Below are positions 1 to 13,049 of a stretch of DNA of 64,000 bases, piece by piece. Every line of letters begins with the position of its first letter. Within the stretch, counting starts at the first letter, position 1. Source of the DNA: Botryllus schlosseri (Eukaryota); NCBI GenBank assembly GCA_051294905.1, contig CM119371.1, positions 22,322,001 through 22,386,000 of the forward strand, given 5' to 3'. The notes beneath the pieces are model-generated. The model did no database searches. It had not been told where the DNA came from and saw only the letters and a list, made by a program, of their open reading frames with translations. Position numbers and translations under genes: made by a program.

Positions 1-217
1 GATACGGTTCTGTATGATTTCTGTCCTGTGCGGTGCATAGGACTTGCGGGCGCTCTGAATTGGATGTAATCTCGCTTTGATTACTTAATCGGTGACGTCA
101 CGGTTTGGGATTAGCTACTTAGCTAGGTGTGCGTGCTGTGCGTTCTGCCTAGCAATACCAAGGCGACAGTGTGCGGTTTGATGTGTGAGGATAGCACAGG
201 CGTGTTCACTACAAATT

Positions 218-392
218 GCTAGTGTACAGTACACTATAGTAGGTATATCTACACAGATAGACAGTACGCTATAGATAGCTAGTGTACAGTACACTGTAGT
301 AAGTATAGATATACAGATAGACGGTGCACTATAGATAGCTAGTGTACAATACACTATAGTATGTATAGATACAGATACAGATAGACAGTGCT
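218..392. repeat. Tandem repeat, ~60-bp unit x ~3, with an internal palindrome AGTGTAC-A-GTACACT
   Basis: TAGTGTACA recurs at 220, 280 and 340 with conserved flanks. Confidence 0.85.
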
Positions 393-2326
393 TAGATCAA
401 AATAGTAGTGTAGTAGTGTAGCTGATTCGTTTTTAGGCCTTTTCTATGAGCTGGGTTTACGTCACCGACTAGGCCGGGCGCTAGGTTTGTTGGTCAAAGC
501 AGGTGTGCGTTACGAATAACTATAATTTTTCGTGAAATTCGCCCATTTTTGTAGCTTTCTCCTTGATTTATGTCCGAATACGGAGGATGTAAATCGTAGT
601 GAGATATTACGTTTTCGAGCACTATAATGATACTCTTATCAGTGCTGTGTACACAGAATTATTCATCAACAAGAATTATATAGTTGCGATACTGTTTTCC
701 AAGTGAAATCCTTGTAACCTCCATTGGCCGTAATACGGAAAACGAATCTGTAGATTGTAGAAGCTACGTACATTTGTGGTAATGTCATATATGTAAAGTC
801 CCTGCATTGTTACAACGACTGCCTAAGTAGGCGTGACCGAAAACTACATTATGGTATATTTAACGTAGCTAACAACTGGCATTGGCATTGCTTTATTTTG
901 TGGTCCCATAAAATTGAACTTCACCCGGCCCTCAGTTAATAGCGTGCTATTTAGTATTGATCGATATTGCAAATTGCAAGAGTGATTCAATAGAAAAGTC
1001 GTTATATTCAAAAGCACTTTACAGTAATTCGCAAGCATTTTCTGCACACGCGAACGATCCTGCCGTTTCACGCAACTGCAATCAATCATTCTCGGTTCGG
1101 GTTATTTCGCCGTTTGTTGACACCTTGGTGCTAACCCAGTATGCCGGGTATGTTGGTTTTGTGACCTAATTACTGCGTGCGCTATGCAGGCATGCCGTTT
1201 TTTTACCGAGTGCCAGAAATCCATCTCTCTTGCCAAAGGCATTCCGCGTTTTGCTTAGCAGAGTAATTAGCGAATTCGTAATTGTGATCATTGAGATTAT
1301 AATAGCGGTCGAGTTTGTATAAGGTTCGTCAAATAGTTGGTAATTTGCGAAATTCGGCGCCGTTTGTAGAGGTTTGTGTTGCCTTTGAAGATGTGGGAAT
1401 TCCCGAGGCATGCTGGGATTAATTCGTTTAGGCTTCGATAACAAGGCTAGTGATTGCCCCTGATTTAGTGCTTCCAGTTTGTTTTCAGAAGATGTTTCAG
1501 TAAGGTTACTTTATACGCACAAGTTCGCAACCAACAGTCTTTCCAGGGACATGAAGCCGATATCCATAGTTTGAGATGTATAGGAATTTAAATTGATGAC
1601 TTGCGTTTGATATTGTGACGTTGTCAGGTATAAGAAAATCCAAAGTAAAATGAACGTGAGTCAAGTGGCGAGATCAGGCAGCATGTCCATGGCAAGCGCA
1701 GATGATTATATACTATTTCGTTATCGATTCAGCACAATCCGGCCCCCAACTTGCCGGTTTTAATTGCTTTACAAACCTTTGGAGTGTAGCGTTTCAACCG
1801 GAAACATTCATTTAGCTAAATCGGCGCTTTCGAGTGAATATATTATATATATAACCGCAGAAGTGGCAGAAACGATTTTGATTTTTACCGATTAGAATAT
1901 TTCGTTACCGCTCAAACATATTCTGAACCTCACAGGCTCTCCTCGGTTTGCAAACATTTGTTATGTAACTGGAGCGTTAAGTTATAACCGGAGTGGTTAT
2001 TGACAGCCGCTTCGAATGTGTATTTATAACCATTACGCCAAATAGGATTTTTACCGATTAAAATAGTTCGTCATCGCTAGAGCATATTCTTAACCCCACC
2101 GGTCCTTGACCTGTTTTTATAATATGTTTGCGACGATTCGTGAATCGTGGTGTATTTAGAGTGTAGAATTCCAACCGGAAAAATTTGGTGTTCCCACTCG
2201 GCTATTCAAGTTAATATTTACAGCCAGAAAAATTTATTGATGCCAATCGACGCATCATGTCCGGACGTATCTGTACCGTTCCACTTCATTTATTTTGCGA
2301 TCTCATAAGCTGTATTTCGACTACAG

Positions 2327-2603
2327 ATAAGCGATAGACTAGTGGCCATGAAAAATATCGACGCGGGCTGGAGGGTAGACTCGTCTCCGCCCTACCTCTC
2401 AATCAGAACGATCCGCGACTCTTCCGAAGAGTCCGCGGGCGAATACGATAACATTTCGACCGCGACCAAGAAAAACGTTGACGATGACGTAGGCCCCAAC
2501 GAACTCGTTCTAGCGAATTACATTAGCCCGCGCTTTTTCCTGGACCAGTACGGGATCTTGCAGCGAGTCAAGATTGCCCTCACGAAAAGGATTGAAAAGA
2601 AAG
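2327..2603 (+). CDS. TNS: Possible tensin internal exon (ISDRLVAMKNIDAGW...GEYDNI...RIEKK)
   Basis: ctacag acceptor opens into the 2342-2638 ORF. The donor AAG|GTCTGG gives phase 1, matching the next exon, but it is weak. Confidence 0.45.
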
Positions 2604-2864
2604 GTCTGGTACCTGGGTATCAGCTCCTACATACATAGGATGTACAATACGTTCCTCGGGGCTAGGATATGAAAATTTGTCAAGATGTAAATAGTCTTCA
2701 TTGATTACTAAGGATGTTTATAAAATCGCCGACACTAGCCTTCTGAGAATAATTGATTTATGAATATGACTTGGTAGTGTACGAGTGTGATATGTGCTGG
2801 TTGCAGATATTTGTAATCTGCGTATGTAAATTGTGTGGTAATGTTTTATTTTTCTTATTTTCAG

Positions 2865-2907
2865 GCAGTCCAGACGATGTGTTCAGCCCGGCACCACAGA
2901 CGCCAAG
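2865..2907 (+). CDS. TNS: Tensin exon (SPDDVFSPAPQTP)
   Basis: Polypyrimidine/ttcag acceptor and AAG|GTAAAA donor. Phase 2 matches the exon at 3423. Confidence 0.75.
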
Positions 2908-3422
2908 GTAAAATTTCTACGTTTTGTTGTGTAATCGATCTCGTTGGCTGAGAATATTGCAACTCGCGAAGCACAGAGTAGCAAACTATATACTCACATA
3001 TATCCATATCCATCCAAAGTGCAAATGCTCTGCCCATTCGTAGCGCAGCGATTCGATCACACCAAGGGATGTATACGGCAATATAGCACTAATTATATGG
3101 TTTCTGATTCTGTGTCTCAACTGGTGGAGCCTTGATTGACCCTTCGCGTTGGTCACACAGCACTACAATACGGTTTTGGTTACAAAATAAGAAATTCTTT
3201 TGAATCACTTGTATAACTGACATCATTTTCCATGTGGAATCATTCCCTGCATATACTCGCTTGTTTACAGACACCCGTTGACTACCGTAATTTCGATGTT
3301 GCTCATGCTTGCAACATCACAAGCTTGACATACTATTTATTTCAATATGCATTTCTCTTTTGCATCAAATTATGCTTTTTTACACCCGAAAACGATGATT
3401 TAATATGTAATTTTTGGTTCAG

Positions 3423-3585
3423 GTCGTCGAAGAAGCAAAACCCGTTTCCTCCTCAGACGAACGTTACCAGAAGGCAGCAAACGGCGCCTCCTCCCCCTCC
3501 GAAGCGCCGGATGTCCCTGGAAGAAAGGCTGTCGCCGATTCTAGTGCAGGCACTAGCTTCAAACCCCGGCGCCAAGCCGAAAGAG
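3423..3585 (+). CDS. TNS: Tensin exon (SSKKQNPFPP...PPPPPKRRMSLEERLSP...KPKE)
   Basis: ttcag acceptor, GAG|GTGAAT donor, GC-rich, frame continuous with neighbours. Confidence 0.8.
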
Positions 3586-3628
3586 GTGAATTTCCGGCTG
3601 TATCCAGCCCGCTTTGAATTAGCCAGTT

Positions 3629-3896
3629 GTGTTGTTGTTGTTTGTGGAATTGATGGTGTTTGTCGACTACTATGGTCATTTACACCAGGCCAATTTTCTT
3701 CATATTTATTCCGTAGCGGCCCACTTGTAGCACGGCGCAGGTCTAGGCTTTTATAAGACACCGCTTACACGGATGAGATGGCTAGGAGTTTAGATTAACC
3801 TCCAACACTTAAGGAATTCTGGACCTCGGGCGGACCCGAACGCGCAACCCATTGGTGTTGCAGCTGTAGATTATACCACTACGCTTTTTCGCCACC
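3629..3896 (-). mobile_element. tRNA-derived SINE family A, copy 1
   Basis: Minus strand begins with a tRNA-like head carrying A and B boxes and ends in an (AAC)n tail. Imperfect TSD ttagccagttgtgt/ttaaccaattgtgt. Four copies in the window. Confidence 0.85.
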
Positions 3897-4217
3897 TTAA
3901 CCAATTGTGTGTGTGTGTGTGTGTGTGTACGAATCTGCTCGATACATTCAAACCCACCTTTTTGAAATTCAAACCAGACTCAAATCCATGATCATGTCTC
4001 TTTCGACATGCCTTTGTTACTTCGGCTAAATCGACGTCACGCTGTAGTATTTCACTTAAAATGTTCACATGTAAGCATTTTTGTTTAGGGCTGAGTTACC
4101 AACGAAAGCTTTTAATGCGGCGTTGACCGCTAATATTGACTGATGCATCGTTTTTGTATTCTAATAATATCCTCGTATAAGATTATGGACTAGTGATGTA
4201 AATGGTAGCTTTTAGTG

Positions 4218-4857
4218 CAGTGATTCCCAACCATGGTTCTCTAAATATGCCACAAAAATATAATAGACGACAGTTGTCGTTCGTTTCTATGAATAGTTAC
4301 AGCCAATGTCTGTATATGGATGCTAAAATGAGGGATATCAGGTATGTCTAAAGCCGTCCGAGGCCGCGAAAACCGGGAGAGAAATCTTGCAGCCGAGCGT
4401 CAAACGCATGCAGGAATAGGAATACCCGTCAGACGAGGATGTATCATGAGTTCTGTCGGACATAAACCTTTATATATCGACTCTGTGAATAGTACATTTC
4501 GACACAATTTCAGTAACGTCAAAATGACGGCTCACAGCCAAGTATAAATTGCAATAAGTCCAATATTACTCGGCGTATAATTCCCCGCAGACTTCCGCAT
4601 TAGGTGAAATGTATAGAGAGCTATCACAAAACGACACAGTAGTATGTTGCAGTAATGATATGAATTTTCAGTTTATTCAATGTATAGTGCTCGCCGATCT
4701 GCGTCTATCAATGCTAAAATTACCGATATTGAATCTACAGAAGTCTGTGTGCATGCTGTTGAATTAGCTGGATGGTGAGATCCAGAGGTAGACTAGCTAC
4801 CTTTAAATTTTCAATAAAATTAGCGGCTCCGACATCCAAAAAGGTTGGGCACCACTG
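4218..4857. mobile_element. Non-autonomous hAT-type MITE
   Basis: TIRs CAGTGATTCCCAACC/GGTTGGGCACCACTG, TSD ttttagtg/ttttagcg. Confidence 0.8.
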
Positions 4858-5011
4858 TTTTAGCGCTCTTAGGGATATTTGGTGTTGGCGAATGAATTTA
4901 AGACGGGGGAGACGCGATCGACAGCAAGTGTAGCATCTTGAAGTGATGTTACACCTTAAACTGCATTCTATTCGGTGACCTAAATTTTATATTAGGCTTA
5001 TTGTATCGCAG

Positions 5012-5114
5012 GACATTCACAGCTACAGAGAGGACCTGGCTCCAGAAGCCGTGCCGGCGACACCGACGTTCCCGACGACGCCGTCGACTCCCTACGTGAA
5101 CAGCGATTCTCCAG
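5012..5114 (+). CDS. TNS: Tensin exon (DIHSYRED...TPTFPTTPSTPYVNSDSP)
   Basis: cgcag acceptor, CAG|GTAAGC donor. TPxFPxxPxTPYV resembles a motif in the vertebrate tensin middle region. Confidence 0.85.
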
Positions 5115-5587
5115 GTAAGCGCCACTTTTACCAGTTTCGAGAGTAGGGATAAGTAATATGATTCGAGTACTCTAGTCCGGATCGACTGTTTACTGTCATG
5201 ACTCCTGTCGAGTAGTACGCGGCGATTTGTAGAGTACCCCTTCTCCACGCAGAGTGATGTTATCAACGAAAATACATAGTGTTTACTAGGCCTGCGCACT
5301 AGGAGTTGAACGTTGAACTATTTCCACCTATGGAAGCCTTGAAACTTATGTTGGCTTGTCGCAGCATACGAGATGTGTAGTGCAAACCTACGCACGTTAG
5401 TGGAGTCGTGATCAAACCCGCAGCATTGTAACCGAGGGATACGAAATATACCCGGTCGGAAAAAATACCGAATTACTCTTAATGTTGTGTGGAACCGGGA
5501 TTTTAATCTCTGTGGTAGCGTGCAAGGAACATTTTTGAACTATCCACGAGTTTCTAAAGTCACCCGCGTGCGCCATCGCTATTTCAG

Positions 5588-5785
5588 TGCGTTCCAAATC
5601 ACCGCCAGGCCTGGTGAAAACCCCGCTCTCCATGCTGCATCTGAGGCCCACCGATACGCCGCAAGACAGTCTGAGCCCGCACGAGCCGGCCGCGGCACCA
5701 ATAAGCCAGACCTCGCCCCGAGACAGCCCTGCCCGGGAGGACACTGTCGATGGCATAATGAAGGAAGTTCAGGAGGTGACACCAG
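5588..5785 (+). CDS. TNS: Tensin exon (RSKSPPGLVKTPLSMLHLRP...)
   Basis: tttcag acceptor, CAG|GTATGT donor. SPPGLxKTPLSxLxLxP resembles the vertebrate tensin SPPGLAKTPLSALGLKP motif. Confidence 0.88.
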
Positions 5786-6005
5786 GTATGTTTATGATGT
5801 CTGTTGTATAGTTCTAGGCACCCGTTGTTTGTACTCCGGTAGACTGTACGATGTACACTGTAGTAGTTTTGCCTGGAAAACTGTCGGGCATGAGTGGACA
5901 CTGGACAGTCAAAAAACATATGTCGTCGACGCAACGGATTGATTTGTCTATGACGTCACTATACCGTGATCCGTCGTCGTCTGCTAATCGCGTGATGAAT
6001 TTCAG

Positions 6006-6127
6006 AGCCTCAATTCTCGCCGGCGGTGGCGCTGCAAAACGGCCTGGCCAAGGAGACCGACCTTATCACGGACGACGCGGAGCCGAAAATTGAGTCGAAG
6101 CCCGAAAGCTTTGTCGGCAACGGACAG
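6006..6127 (+). CDS. TNS: Tensin exon (PQFSPAVALQNGLAKE...FVGNGQ)
   Basis: tttcag acceptor, CAG|GTAACT donor, phases 1 to 0 consistent. Confidence 0.8.
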
Positions 6128-6523
6128 GTAACTTGATGTTTTGAAATCATAACCCTTGAAGCAGCCGAAGCCAGATTTAAGATCAATTACGCAGAGCAAT
6201 TTAAAATCGTTTTCGCTGTAATGGCGAATCGTCCATTTCGCAGATCTCCAACATAGCGCAGGGGGCATATCAGTAAAACGAAAGCATTCCAATGGGTGAA
6301 AACTCCTATATATATATCCAGAGTTGCTGTCGTTGCTTAGAAATAAAAACAGTCTAACTAAAGTCATAATAACTGAAAGAAGGGTGCAAATATACGGTGA
6401 CCATTCCCGTACTTCGAATAAGTTATAGTACTTCGTTACTGACAGCCTACGGGATATATCCAAGGGTGGATTGGGTTCTACTTTCCTTTTCCATCCACGA
6501 AGGCGCAAAAAGAGGGAACACAT

Positions 6524-7175
6524 TAGGGTTACCACGTGTACTCCTTCAGGAGGATATGTCCTTCCTTATCATGCGATCTAAAATGTACTCCTAGGACGCC
6601 TGAATGTCCTAATTTCAGGAGATTCTTTCTCCGCCATTGTTTTGTCGAAATCTGTAATGCGTACGTGCGAGTGCGTCATTTGGGAGTAGGACCGGAAAAT
6701 GACCTTTTTTTATTAATTTTTATTGCAGCAAACAATACGTTCATATCGCCAAATTTATTCCACTGTTAGCTTTTTTTTACTGCCGTTCGCGACTCTGTGT
6801 ACTTGTCATTATTACGTCACAACGACAAAATTCTTTCTATATGTCGAACTTGGTTAACCTCATTTACCGGCGTTCACTGCTGAAGAGAGCCAGTCGAAAA
6901 GCGTCCAGTGGAATAAATTTGGCAACATGAACGTATTGTTTGCTGCAATATTGAAGTTCTGTACTTCGAAAAGCCTGTTAATTTTTAGTCAACGCCACAG
7001 CAGTATTGTTCAAAAAGTAGGTAGTTCGGGATTTGGGTCAGGAAAAATGACCCTAATTTTAAACAAGATTTCCATTGCAGAGTTTAGATTCAGCAGTCTC
7101 CTGGTCCTATAAATTGCCTTTTATGATTTATCAAAAGCGTCCTATTCTTCGGATTCCAAATAAATGGTGACCCTA
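6524..7175. mobile_element. MITE, TAGGGTTACCA-type
   Basis: TIRs TAGGGTTACCA/TGGTGACCCTA, degenerate TSD gaacacat/gtacgcat. Confidence 0.65.
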
Positions 7176-7464
7176 GTACGCATAGACTGAAATTACTACG
7201 CCCCTGGGATATATCTCCATAAGAATTTGTGTATTTATCTCGTTTTCACCCTTTGTAATGGGTTTAAGAGCTTAATTTGGCACCAGAAATTTCCAATGGC
7301 CGGATTAGCACCTTATACTATTGTGAAAATATGGCAAATATGGTGTTTTCCACGGTATATGGCAGAAATTTGATCAAGAGGCCTATTGTCCATCCTATGG
7401 ATCAACTTTGACAAATGCACCTATTTTCTCACTCATTCAATTACACCATATTCTCATTCCGCAG

Positions 7465-7670
7465 GTTCCCAACGGAGTCGAGCGACAAGTAATCATACCG
7501 GAAGTTCAAGTCCCGGTGCTGAACACGCCGGAAGCGCAACCGACGCCTCCCACCAGTCTGGACTTGGCCCACGCCAACCACCCCAACGGCACCATAGTCA
7601 AGGCTCAAATCAACCGAACCCCGGACCAGGGATCGCCGTCGCCGCTGCAGCAATACTTGCTTCACAACAG
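7465..7670 (+). CDS. TNS: Tensin exon (VPNGVERQVIIPE...QQYLLHN)
   Basis: ccgcag acceptor, CAG|GTACGG donor, phases 0 to 2 consistent. Confidence 0.82.
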
Positions 7671-7794
7671 GTACGGAAGCAAATTGTCGATTTTGTGACG
7701 TCATCGCGCGCTACCGGACTGCGTTTGATTGCTGGTCGCTGTACATTTTCTGGAGGCACACAAAGAGATGCTTTTGAGTACAGAACCTCATAAT

Positions 7795-8434
7795 TAGTGC
7801 GATTAATTTTTGACCTAAAAACGGATGATTTTGACCTAAAAAATCAAAATTTTGACCAAATCTTGACCTCGCGTATGCAAATTAGATGTTTTTTGCACAT
7901 AATGTTGAAATTGTACTACTTGTCCCCACTTCTGGTTGGAACTGCCTGGTCTTGCGAAGTAGTTTGGCCTGAAAAAACGTTTTTGACTTAAAAACTGACA
8001 AATTTTTTCATGGAAAAATCAATATTTTAACGAACTCTGGCCCTATGAAGAATTCCAATAGTTACATCACGCATTATGGTAAAAATAATTAAAATCTGTT
8101 GTAGTACAACGAAAGATACTTTCCTACATTCTAGGGTAGGCAGTGCCTGTCCTTACTAAGTAGCTTGTCAAGAACGAAGAAAGACCGTTTAACAGCAGTA
8201 GCAGTTGTTTGCTGACAACACTGAAGTTATGCGTACACTGCTGCACGCCGTACTGCCTCATTCTGACAACGTTGTCTTTGTCTACATCACAATTTTTAAT
8301 CATGCTGTAAAATGTCAAATGATAAGTTCACCGAATGTGCAAAATCTACGATACGAACGAAATACAGAGGTCGGAACAATTTTGACTTTGTAAACAATTT
8401 TGACTTATTTTGACATGTAAAAAAAATCACCCTG
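7795..8434. mobile_element. hAT-type MITE with TTTTGAC subterminal motifs
   Basis: Perfect 8-bp TSD ctcataat. Homologous to 33330-34309. Confidence 0.8.
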
Positions 8435-9431
8435 CTCATAATACATTTCAATAATTTATACAGACTATACAGACCGTTGAATAATATAGAGAATGCGTTT
8501 GTATGTCCGCCTTTGCAATGTCATGCTGTTTGCGTTAAATATCTTCGCGGTTAAATATGCATGTCGAAATTTCTAGTCCCCATGATAATGCTACAGAAAA
8601 ACTGTATGCTGCGAAACGAGTCCAGCTTGGTGCGCAGAAATTTGCCATTCCCATACTTACGGGAACGAACTATGATACGATATTATCTGAATTGGATTCG
8701 ATTTCCAAGTATTCGCAAATTTGGTGATTCTAATTCTAATCTAACTAGTTGTAACTCTAATTATAACCTAATTTGTGAAAGGCATGCACTGCGTATGCTG
8801 TCGAATCTAATTCGGCTTTTCCTGAAAAATACTGCAAGAGAGCCGTGTACGTATAGTGCGAAACGAGACAAGTTGGTGTATAGACATTTGCCATCCTCGT
8901 GCCCGTAAGAATGAATTCAAAGATTTGACAGGAACTGAATTCGGTTCAATTTTCAAGTTTTCGTGGATTCACCAATTCTAATTCTAATCTAATTTGAAAA
9001 AATAACTAGTTCTAATTCCAGTTATTTGTGAAATTTATCCATGCTTTCTATGTCTGTGCTAGTGCGTTACTCGTAACGCTTCCGACGAGACATTCGGGTG
9101 TGATCGCAACATATATCGCTCCGAAATTGAGCAACAGACTTTTTAATAAACAACACATGACGTCCGGCCTAGTAATTTATATCAATCAGCTCGTCTTGAA
9201 GTTACTTCGCAATAGTGGTTACGTATGTTCTGTATATCGCAGGATAAAATTGGTGTTGGCAAACATCTCGATGTCACCCTGATTGATCTTACTACTCCAA
9301 CTTTATTTGTTTTGTCCGCAAAGCCCAACTAAACGTCCACTCTTGTCGGCAATTTCCGACGAAGAAACTTTGGTCGTGAAAACTCGGGTTTAACATGATA
9401 TTTCCCGTGTAACGCTCTAATTCATCTGCAG

Positions 9432-9550
9432 CAGCGGATCGCACAGCTCGCACTCGCCGGCCGCCACGTCGTCGAACTCCCGGAGAGAAAGCTCAGACTC
9501 CTTAGACGGGCCCAGCACGAGACATTCGAACAGCAGCGTCTTGTCATCCT
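9432..9550 (+). CDS. TNS: Tensin Ser-rich exon (SGSHSSHSPAATSS...SSVLSS)
   Basis: ctgcag acceptor (tandem CAGCAG), GTGAGT donor, frame consistent. Confidence 0.8.
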
Positions 9551-9613
9551 GTGAGTAGCGGCTCGCGTTAAGTTTCCGCGCAGCCATTTTCTGACGACCT
9601 CTTTTCGCTACAG

Positions 9614-9718
9614 CGAGCTCGAGTTCGGCTACCCACAATGCAACGCACGGTCTTCACGGGGCTCGCGCTCTTCGACCTGGTAGTCAGCTGTCGAACTACG
9701 ACAGACATCATTTGATGG
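9614..9718 (+). CDS. TNS: Tensin exon (SSSSATHNATHG...YDRHHLM)
   Basis: Follows a 63-nt intron. ctacag acceptor, G|GTGAGT donor. Confidence 0.78.
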
Positions 9719-9837
9719 GTGAGTGTGGTAGTGGTCATTTATATTCGAGTGGAAGAGAACGTATTGCTGCGAATTCCAGCTCAATTGCGAGAACAGGTGG
9801 CGATTTCAGAGACGGGTCAAAACTACACGCACTAGAA

Positions 9838-10574
9838 CAGCGGTTCTCAACCTTTTTGGCTTCGCGGACCACCGAGGAACTCCAAAGTTTTAGTTCAAAT
9901 TTAGGTCTCTTATCGTGCAATCGCCATCTGTCTTGTGAAATATCAAGTGTAGGCTAGTGATAAACAGCAACAAATTGACCTTTCTTGAAAAAAAGACATG
10001 CTATTTATGTGGAAACTGGGAAGGATTTTATTATTTCAGGGCGAATTCTGTGGCTGCATTTCTTGATATACGCGGCCGTATCTTAAAAATCCATTAATTT
10101 CAACAAGGATAAATGGTGGCGAATGTAATGATAACGCGTAACGATTCCGAATTCCGACGACGCATTCGGGTATGATCGCAACATATATGTCACCAACACA
10201 ACGTACAGGCTAGTCATTTCTATCTAGCAGGTCATGTTGAAGTTATTCTGGAGTAGTTGTTATGTATATCAGAGGAGAAAATGGATTTTTGCAAACAAAC
10301 TAATTCCAAAACCCCAACAAAACACCTCTAAACAGCAATACGTTTGTGTCAGTAGGCTATTGACAATTTGTCGATTAGAGTGAGTTAGCGCAGTTGAATA
10401 TTTCATCTCAGACGGCCATACTGTTTGTGCGATTCCTGAAGTTTTAGCAGTTGTGAAATGAGACCGCTTCTTGATCTAAAAGGAATACAAATTTGGCTAT
10501 CAACCATTTTGCAAATTCGAAGGTTTCGTGGACATCCTGAAAATGCTTCGCGGACCCGCGGTTGTGAACTACTG
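9838..10574. mobile_element. hAT-type MITE (family also at 38464-41464 and ~60826-61600)
   Basis: TIRs CAGCGGTTCTCAACC/GGTTGTGAACTACTG, degenerate TSD cactagaa/cattagta. Confidence 0.75.
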
Positions 10575-11581
10575 CATTAGTATTGGAAATACTGTAATAC
10601 TAATAACGCTTACGGGACATCGATCAGTCAACGCTTTCAGTATTACTCGAGACAAAGCCATTATTTTGTTCACATCTCCCAATTTCAGTGTAACGATGCC
10701 GGTGTTATATTTTCTTAACATCGTGCCGCATCATGTAGTTGTCCGCGAAACGTTGCTGGGCTCGTTACGCTGTCGTGTTAGCAAAATTACGCCGCTGATC
10801 GGGAACTATCGCGCTGGCGATCGCGGTGCGGGTTTAAGTTATTTGTGGCGCGAATTCGCAACTTCATCTGTTGCTCGTAATAGGTCACGCCGTCCGATCG
10901 CATGTATAATGGCCCATGAGTACGATTTACTTGAGAATGTGGGGCAAAGTTAGTGTTTTAGGGTCGGGTTAGGCTCATGTTATAGCATGGCTTAATTCCA
11001 GGGTTGGGGTTGGGACTGGAGTTTGGATTATAAAGTCACATGCTCATTGCTTAAGTGTCGCATCTTGAAGGGTTACACGCTGAAATGTCGTTTTTCATTC
11101 TGCCGCATGCTAAAATGTCTGGCAACGGTGTATGATATCTGCAAAGTATCAGTAGCGATGTACTTGAAACGAAATGTACAACTCTGCCAAAATCAAATTT
11201 TGATAACATAGGATGAATTCAATTCATTCGTGAGTGCCAAGCAAGTTGTAATTTTCTGACTGCATCGTCCGTGAACGGCTGTTTTTAGGCAGATATACGT
11301 TTCACAATTTCCATAATTCAATCAGTTTGTTTAGCTTTAGGTTTCGTAACGAATATGTAATAATCATTTTAAATCGTTTTTCTGCGCTAATTAACTCATC
11401 CACTAGCTCTGGATAGCCATCGTAAGCGCTTCACAGAGATTTCACAACTTGTCTGTGATCCGTTCGCGTAGCTGTGTACGCGACAGTGAAAATCCACCCA
11501 AATCCAGGGATAGTCAATAGTTTTTACGCTGCGGTTTTGGCTGTGCGACCACGTGTAAACAAAGCTATCTCCACGTTACAG

Positions 11582-11656
11582 CCTCGGGCACCAGATCCGG
11601 CGACGAAAGCCTCGAAAGCCCGCGCTCGGGAAGGACAAGCTCATCTTCGATATCAG
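11582..11656 (+). CDS. TNS: Tensin exon (SGTRSGDESLESPRSGRTSSSSIS) ending at a GC donor
   Basis: ttacag acceptor in phase 1. The CAG|GCGAGT donor gives the phase 1 needed by the next exon. Confidence 0.65.
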
Positions 11657-12936
11657 GCGAGTGCCTTACACCTTAGCGGAGCGCTGTTCCGGGTGGTTTT
11701 ATGCTGTTATGTGACAGTAACGGATGGGTTAAGAATGTATCATCGCCGATTCGCTGGAACTTGAAAACTGTGAGCAGAGACTTGGGAAATTAGCTGTTAT
11801 CGGCGAGGGGCTATGCGTAGCGAGCAGTTTTTCGGGTTGAAATTGGAGGTTTTGCTGTAAAACGCTTGAACGCCGACTTCGTCAGAGTCCTTACATCTGA
11901 GAGTAGACTATAAAATTAGCTTATGCCTTTCAACGTTCTTTGATTTGTTGTTTAAGGCTTTGATTTGTATGCTAGCGGTTAGCCGGTTAAATAATGAATA
12001 AATTCAACGAAAACCAAGTTCAGCTGATATCCAATACGAGTTCATTCCCGTCAGCACGAGAATGGTAAATATTCGTGCACAACGCATGACTCGTTTCGCA
12101 ATATACGGTTTTCATGAAAATAGATTAGAATTACATTAGCGTGGAAACATTTCACAGATTAACATACATTTGCAATACCGGTACTTCGCTCTTGCTCGTT
12201 CATGGCCGTTGTATCAATTCCGAATCGACTTAGAATGCGGGCCTGAACATTATAAGCCCGTGCTCACATTGTGTGAGTTGTCAGGGTAGTTTCTACTGCG
12301 ATATATATCTGTGCTTGTGGTTTCAACTTGAAAATTTCACATCTGGGGCAAATGTAGAATTCGCTTTCTCTGTAGTACCGCCGCGTACCAGGACATTATC
12401 ATGATTGAGCTGTTTTGTTTACGTTGCATTGTAAGCTGACACGCCGCGGTAGACCTAAGGCTACGTTCGCTTGGGATAGTGTGGCTTTCGCTACGCGTAT
12501 AATATTGCAGTAAATGAACAGTTTGGAATTTGTTTGGTGTAAATATTATGTAGCGAGGTTACGTTTTGCCCGATAGCCTTTCGGTATGTTCCGGCGTGAG
12601 ACAACGTTTTTACCATATGGTTTTAATGCTCCGATTTTGCGGTGAAAGCCAACGCTTCTGCAGCGTTTGCTCAATGTTATCTTCGATTATAGTATGTTTC
12701 GTTGCGTAGGAACGTTTATAGATGTATGTGGTCTCCCATCTGCGGTCTCTTTCACAATACACAACTATAACTAGAACTACCTCAAAACAGTAGATGCGGA
12801 ATGTCAACTATCAACTAGATTAGTAGTTTACATAAGCCTGGTTCCTTTATTTTCGGTGTGTAATGCTATCTAGCAATGTATTAGGCCCGTTTGAACGGGT
12901 GTCATTGATTCTTATCGACGTTCTCTCTTTGCGTAG

Positions 12937-13049
12937 ATGCCGAAAAAATGAACCAGTACGACACGTCGAACGCTACGGTGTCGACGGCGCCGAAATTCAT
13001 CAGAGACACGACGGCCTACTGGTACAAGCCCAACATCGTAAGAGATGAG
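12937..13049 (+). CDS. TNS: Tensin exon, start of SH2 domain (KFIRDTTAYWYKPNIVRDE)
   Basis: Matches the tensin hallmark KFVQDTSKYWYKPxISRE. Canonical splice sites. Confidence 0.95.

Noticed and set aside
3800..3896. tRNA gene calls on SINE heads
   Set aside because: No complete acceptor stem. Each is attached to a shared body, tail and TSD.
3906..3928. (GT)n microsatellite; also the poly-G run near 50525
   Set aside because: Ordinary simple repeats with no further evidence of function
6002..6535. 177-aa minus-strand ORF and other antisense ORFs over tensin exons
   Set aside because: No motifs. They are shadows of GC-rich + strand exons or chance intronic ORFs.
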